A stretch of DNA of 64,000 bases, taken from contig CAXRHT010000002.1 of NCBI GenBank assembly GCA_964230645.1, forward strand, positions 352,001 to 416,000, given 5' to 3'. The notes under the pieces are model-generated. The model made no database searches. It had not been told where the DNA came from and saw nothing but the letters and a program-made list of their open reading frames with translations. The position numbers and the translations under genes were made by a program. How positions within the stretch are numbered: the first letter of the stretch is position 1; every line of letters starts with the position of its first letter. Positions 59,250-64,000 of the stretch are shown here, in pieces. The stretch is from Bdellovibrionales bacterium (GTDB lineage: Bacteria; Bdellovibrionota; Bdellovibrionia; Bdellovibrionales; JAGQZY01).

Positions 59250-60638
59250 CTACTCGTACTTTTCTTTCATCTTATAGTTTCTTGCTAGGAGAGCGAATAT
59301 CCCACTGACTCCTAACATCAATACCGCAAAGAAAAGAAAAAAGTTTCCACTCACACTTTCGGCTTCATGGGCTCCGATAAATTTAGACGCCACAGCCACG
59401 TACATATTTCCAAGAAAGGTGGTTAACATCCAAAAACTCATGATGGTTGATTTCATATTTTTGGGCGCTTGGGTATAAGCAAACTCAAGTCCCGTGATAG
59501 AAATTAAAACTTCCGCAATTGTGATTGTTACGTAGGGAAAGAACTGCCAGATAATATTGATTCTCTCGCCAAGAACAAGCCCCTCGGCGATTTGCCCTTC
59601 AATCACGTACTGAATGATGGCCACTTGCAGAAAAGAAAATGCAGCAATCACCATTCCAACACCCATCCTGCGTAGTGGGGTAAAATCCCAAAACTTCTGT
59701 ACGGTTGGATACACACCAAAAACGAAAAGCGGGATTAGAATCATCACAAGCCATGGATTGAGAGCTTGCATAGCTGCCGGTTTTAACTCAAAACCCATCA
59801 CCATGGGGTCCATTTGCAGAGCTTGTAAAACCCAGGTGGAACCATGTTGATCAAAAAGAGCCCAGAAGACCGGGACGGCTGTTAAAAAAATCGCCATGAT
59901 AGAAAAAACGGCTTTCACCCCTTGCACAACCTCTTGGGAGTGATCTTTAAGAGCGCCATCAAGAAACTTTTTACCGGGCTCGCGATTTCTGAAAGCTGAC
60001 ATAACAACACGTGGAACGGAGTCAGGGTTTTTACCAGTGGGCGCTTTGATGTCGTATTGTTTTCTTCCCATCCAAAAAACGATGGTCGCAATCAACATCA
60101 ACACACCCGGAATTCCAAAGGCCACAGAGGGACCAACAAGATCAAGCAGATAAGGGGTCAGCATAGTGGAAGTGGCTGAGCCTAAGTTAATGATCCAGTA
60201 AAACATATTGTAAAACCGAGTCAGCCCTAGTTTATTATCAGGATGGAATTGGTCACCACCAAAGGCCGACACACAAGGTTTGATTCCCCCCGACCCGATG
60301 GCAATCAAGCCAAGCCCCCAGTAAAGACCCGCCTCATTTTCCCATAGTGCAATCACTCCATGACCAATACAGTAAACAATCGAGAGCCATAAAATGACAT
60401 GAAATTTTCCGAAATAACGATCGGCGAGATAGGCCCCTGCCAGTGGAGTTAAGTAACAGCCTGCTACAAAGATATGGTACACTTCAGTAGCAAAACCGGC
60501 CTCTATGGCCAGATATTGCACCATAAAGACTGTAAGGATAGTGCGCATCCCGTAAAAACTAAAGCGTTCACAGCCCTCGTTTCCAATAAGATATTTTATC
60601 TGAGGAGGAAATTTACCCGTGTTATGAGATGCTGCCAT
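59250..60638 (-). CDS. POT/PTR proton-dependent oligopeptide transporter
   Basis: NEGCERFSFYGMR, GGIKPCVSAFGGDQF, GLEFAYTQAP. Confidence 0.93.
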   Translation of the reverse strand: MAASHNTGKFPPQIKYLIGNEGCERFSFYGMRTILTVFMVQYLAIEAGFATEVYHIFVAGCYLTPLAGAYLADRYFGKFHVILWLSIVYCIGHGVIALWENEAGLYWGLGLIAIGSGGIKPCVSAFGGDQFHPDNKLGLTRFYNMFYWIINLGSATSTMLTPYLLDLVGPSVAFGIPGVLMLIATIVFWMGRKQYDIKAPTGKNPDSVPRVVMSAFRNREPGKKFLDGALKDHSQEVVQGVKAVFSIMAIFLTAVPVFWALFDQHGSTWVLQALQMDPMVMGFELKPAAMQALNPWLVMILIPLFVFGVYPTVQKFWDFTPLRRMGVGMVIAAFSFLQVAIIQYVIEGQIAEGLVLGERINIIWQFFPYVTITIAEVLISITGLEFAYTQAPKNMKSTIMSFWMLTTFLGNMYVAVASKFIGAHEAESVSGNFFLFFAVLMLGVSGIFALLARNYKMKEKYE

Positions 60639-60641
60639 AAA

Positions 60642-61988
60642 TTAAACTCCGTGCCCCACGGCTTTTTTCAAAGGTTTTTGTAAGATAAAAATTCCCACTC
60701 CCGCAGCGACACCGAGGATGAGACAAAGAGTAAAAAACTCAGACTTGGTCATGGCGGCGTAGAATGTGCCTAGGTAACCACCAAAGTAGTTACCCAGTCC
60801 CGTAGTAAAAAACCACCAACCCATCATCATACCGACAAGTCTTGGAGGAGCCACTTTCGTTACCAGAGATAAACCTATGGGTGAGAAGAAAAGCTCTCCA
60901 ATCGTTACAATAAAGAGCATGGGGACAAACCACAGGAAACTGATCATCGTTGCGCTGGTAAAGCCTTGAGTAATATAGATAAGGAAAATAAATCCTGAGC
61001 CCATAAGCATACAGCCCGCAGCCATTTTGGCGATACTGGACATTTGATTACTCCCCTGTCTCTCCCATCTCTTCATTAAAATCGGAGCAAATATAAATAT
61101 AAATAGAGGATTAAGGGACTGCAGCCATGTCGAAGGGATTGTTAAACTTCCAACCGACCAATCGGTATTATTAGTCGATAAAAGCTGAAGTGTATTACCT
61201 TGTTGCTCGAAAACACCCCAAAAAACGATATTCGCAAGTGAAAGGACAAAGAAACCTGCAATGGCTTTCCATTGTTTTGGTGTTAAAGGAATTTTCTCTT
61301 TTTTGGTTTTGGATTCTTTGTTTTTTTCAAAAGTTGTTTTAGGTAAGTACTTTTGACCAAAGAGGTAAACAAGAAGACCGAGAACCATTCCGACTCCGGC
61401 TGCGGTAAAGCCGTAGTGCCAGCCGTAGATCTCTCCGAGAGTTCCGCATACAATGGGAGAAAATATAGCTCCTAAATTGATTCCCATATAAAAAATCGTA
61501 AAGGCTCCATCGCGGCGTGGATCACCCTCTGGGTACAAGCCCCCCACCTGTGTTGAAATATTGGGTTTAAAAGCTCCGTTTCCAAAGATAAGAAATACGA
61601 GAGCCAATAAGAATAGAGATTCAAAAGCCATTAGAAAATGTCCAATGGTCATTAAGACTCCACCTAATATAATAGAGTATTTTTCACCAATATATTTATC
61701 GGCAAGCAGCCCCCCTAAGAGAGGCGTGCAATAGACTAAGAATGTATAAAGACCATAAATTTGGGAAGCCAAGGGTTGTACACCCAAGCCCCCGTAAAGG
61801 GCTTCGATATATTCAAAACCCATAATGTACTCGCCACTTCGAGCATTGATAATGAGCTCTTTGGTCATATAAAGTATTAACAGGGCTCGCATGCCGTAAT
61901 AGGAGAATCTCTCCCACATTTCAGTAAAAAATAGAACGTATAGGCCGATGGGGTGCCCAAACAGGGTCTTTTGCTGTGTCTCTGTCAT
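60642..61988 (-). CDS. POT/PTR proton-dependent oligopeptide transporter (DtpT-like)
   Basis: FGHP.GL, EMWERFSYYGMR, FYMGINLG, GELFFSPIGLS. Confidence 0.95.
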   Translation of the reverse strand: MTETQQKTLFGHPIGLYVLFFTEMWERFSYYGMRALLILYMTKELIINARSGEYIMGFEYIEALYGGLGVQPLASQIYGLYTFLVYCTPLLGGLLADKYIGEKYSIILGGVLMTIGHFLMAFESLFLLALVFLIFGNGAFKPNISTQVGGLYPEGDPRRDGAFTIFYMGINLGAIFSPIVCGTLGEIYGWHYGFTAAGVGMVLGLLVYLFGQKYLPKTTFEKNKESKTKKEKIPLTPKQWKAIAGFFVLSLANIVFWGVFEQQGNTLQLLSTNNTDWSVGSLTIPSTWLQSLNPLFIFIFAPILMKRWERQGSNQMSSIAKMAAGCMLMGSGFIFLIYITQGFTSATMISFLWFVPMLFIVTIGELFFSPIGLSLVTKVAPPRLVGMMMGWWFFTTGLGNYFGGYLGTFYAAMTKSEFFTLCLILGVAAGVGIFILQKPLKKAVGHGV

Positions 61989-62187
61989 GGAACTCTCTTG
62001 TTTTAGTTAAGTTGTGATTTTCTACCCTCGCCGACGCCTTTAATCCAGAATTTCCTATCGCGTCAAACAACGATAAATAGAGAAATGACAAGGTTTGTGG
62101 TCTTTTCACAACACTTAAAGACTCCCCATGAGCCTATGACCAGAAATCAGCCTACAAAACACACAAAATCAGGGATATTGGAGATAT

Positions 62188-62219
62188 AAAAAAAGCCCGC
62201 TTTCATTCAAGCAGGCTTT
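62188..62219 (-). terminator. terminator downstream of the histone gene
   Basis: aaagcc-c-gctt/aagc-a-ggcttt stem with an A run; extra hairpin gaaggcc/ggccttc at 62241-62259. Confidence 0.65.
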
Positions 62220-62271
62220 GGTAAAAATTCGCTGAGTAAAGAAGGCCTTGGAGGCCTTCATTTAGCCAAGA

Positions 62272-62511
62272 CTACGACATAAAGTCGTGAGCACGAACGG
62301 TTTTACGTCCATTGCTTTTTGCTCTTTGAGCGGCCTGGTCAACGTACCAATGAAGGATAGAGTTTGCTCCCTCTAAGGCATCAGCAGCCACATTTACGCC
62401 ATGGGCTTTTAAAGCTTCTTTGAACTTGCTTTGAACAACAATTACTTCGCCTTTTTTCTTAGCGGATGTTTTTTTCTTAGCTGCTGCTTTTTTCTTCTTC
62501 TTTTTCGCCAT
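62272..62511 (-). CDS. bacterial histone-fold protein with lysine-rich N-terminal tail
   Basis: VIVVQSKFKE...NVAADAL...RAKSNGRKTVRAHDF resembles bacterial singlet histones (Bd0055 and Leptospira type, RKTV..D motif); AAGGAG RBS. Confidence 0.88.
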   Translation of the reverse strand: MAKKKKKKAAAKKKTSAKKKGEVIVVQSKFKEALKAHGVNVAADALEGANSILHWYVDQAAQRAKSNGRKTVRAHDFMS

Positions 62512-62620
62512 TATCTAACTCCTTTTTTGAACATGAAATGGTACGAACCTAAATATTGTTGGATATTTAGATTCTTATCAACTTTAAAAAAAAGTAACGC
62601 ATGGTCGAAAGTCGAGCTGC

Positions 62621-63094
62621 TTAGAAGTTAAACCTCAAACTGGCATTGGTTAATAGCTGATTGCCTCCAAAAAGAGCATCGCTAAACCAGTTTTGTAAAT
62701 ACATAAGTTCCATTCCCACCGACATCCTTGCATTCAGACGATAAAGGGTACCCACTTTGTACAACGCCCCTAAAGTTGTTTCCGACTGCGCTCCAATGAC
62801 ATCTTCAAATGACAATATCCCTAGACCGGGAGCGAGGTAAACTTTCCAGTTTTTAGGACCAAAGTAGACTTTGACATCCCCGCCCAAACTCCAGAATTGT
62901 CCCCGCACATTATCATTGGCGGTCCCTAAAACAAAAAAAGCCCCCCAACTATGGGAGCGTTTTTTCTGATAATCGAGGTCTGCAGTGAAATGAAACGAGC
63001 CTTGATCAAAACCCAGACCTCCTTGAAAAGAAGTTCTTGCTGCAAAAGTTTGGATTCCAAAAAGTAGGACAAAAAAACTAATCAGTAGACGCAT
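62621..63094 (-). CDS. small outer-membrane beta-barrel protein
   Basis: Signal ending TFA; about 8 amphipathic strands; C-terminal FNF. Confidence 0.72.
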   Translation of the reverse strand: MRLLISFFVLLFGIQTFAARTSFQGGLGFDQGSFHFTADLDYQKKRSHSWGAFFVLGTANDNVRGQFWSLGGDVKVYFGPKNWKVYLAPGLGILSFEDVIGAQSETTLGALYKVGTLYRLNARMSVGMELMYLQNWFSDALFGGNQLLTNASLRFNF

Positions 63095-63463
63095 ATTCTC
63101 TCCCTCGCTCTCTTATTAAACCCATCTCACCATTTTCACACCACCGGTTCAATAAGTTTTATTTCTTTAAGTCGGACATTGTACTAAATATTTTCTATTT
63201 AAAATCAATATGAATTGTTGAAACTCGTACTTTTAAAAGTCACGATGGAACTGAATTTTGTTTAGTTTCAATAGGCATTTTCTGTAATTTTTTTTGATAC
63301 TTACGAAACAACTGTTTTCAATTTTAAAAATATTTTGATGAACAAAAGCTTTAAAATTGCTAATCTATCTGTATCATTAAAGAGTAACACTAACGGCTAA
63401 AAGCAAGACCACGCAGCCATTCGGGAAAGTTGAAATTACTGACCAGTCAGCCAAGGAGAATGC

Positions 63464-63778
63464 ATGAAAACCCAAAAGCATTTCGAAGCCATCGGAAACT
63501 TTCTTCTTAAAAAAAGAGAAAAACAAAAATTAACTCAGAAAGAATTAGCCAGTCGGCTTGGCATTACTTCGCAAATGGTATCCAATTGGGAGCAAGGAAA
63601 ATGTGGACCTCCCAATGACAAACTCAAAGCCATTGGAGAAAATCTAAAAATTCAAAAAGAAGATTTTCTTTTTAATTTGTTAAAATCAAGAGAACACTTT
63701 TATCGTTTAAGTTTAGGTATGAGTGAGAAGAGAACTCTTTTAAAAAAGAAAGACATTATCGATACTGTTAATCAGTGA
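63464..63778 (+). CDS. XRE-family HTH regulator
   Basis: LTQKELASRLGITSQMVSNWEQG; AAGGAG RBS. Confidence 0.9.
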   Translation: MKTQKHFEAIGNFLLKKREKQKLTQKELASRLGITSQMVSNWEQGKCGPPNDKLKAIGENLKIQKEDFLFNLLKSREHFYRLSLGMSEKRTLLKKKDIIDTVNQ

Positions 63779-63781
63779 GTC

Positions 63782-63910
63782 TTACCTCTGCGCTTGATAC
63801 AAGGAATGGGAACTTGTAGGCTGGGTGGAATGAGACAGCGTGCAGTTTTGAAACCACAATAGAGCTATTAATCCTAAAAACCCCAATAATGATATTTGAT
63901 AGCGTTTCAT
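63782..63910 (-). CDS. 42-aa putative micro-lipoprotein
   Basis: Below the track cutoff. Read manually: MKRYQISLLGFLGLIALLWFQNCTLSHSTQPTSSHSLYQAQR; GGGGG RBS. Confidence 0.55.
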   Translation of the reverse strand: MKRYQISLLGFLGLIALLWFQNCTLSHSTQPTSSHSLYQAQR

Positions 63911-64000
63911 TTCAAATCCCCCAACCCATAATGATACCTACTAGAGGGATTTTTGCAAGACTAATTAAGTTTTAATCCATACACATTTATAACTTAAACC

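Noticed and set aside
63385..63463. Riboswitch in the XRE leader
   Set aside because: Some GC-rich pairing is possible, but I recognise no aptamer consensus.

Overview
This is a gene-dense bacterial chromosomal window. The gene content (bacterial histone, FabMG-type enoyl-ACP reductase, many secreted orphan proteins, F/Y-x-x-C lipoproteins, small outer-membrane barrels) suggests a Bdellovibrionota-like organism; this is inference only. Housekeeping genes include an FKBP PPIase, cydAB, a desaturase, an aminotransferase, FtsK, a K+/H+ antiporter, FadE, a Nudix hydrolase, a cyclophilin, DedA, an M16 peptidase, a THUMP methyltransferase, FabMG, an RNase Z-like protein and two POT transporters. 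They are interleaved with many surface or secreted proteins and two cytochrome-c lipoprotein/Tat-DUF clusters. I saw no rRNA, tRNA, CRISPR, transposase or integrase. The most notable items are: (1) a histone-fold protein with a 20-residue lysine-rich N-terminal tail; (2) two long palindromic elements with unrelated arms but a shared, covarying multi-branched core; (3) a REP-like repeat family undergoing local tandem expansion; (4) a shared QF[VI]PFS[FM]W mature N-terminus on two unrelated exported proteins; (5) an FtsK lacking the gamma domain; and (6) several candidate predation effectors. All product calls come from motif recognition by eye, not database searches.
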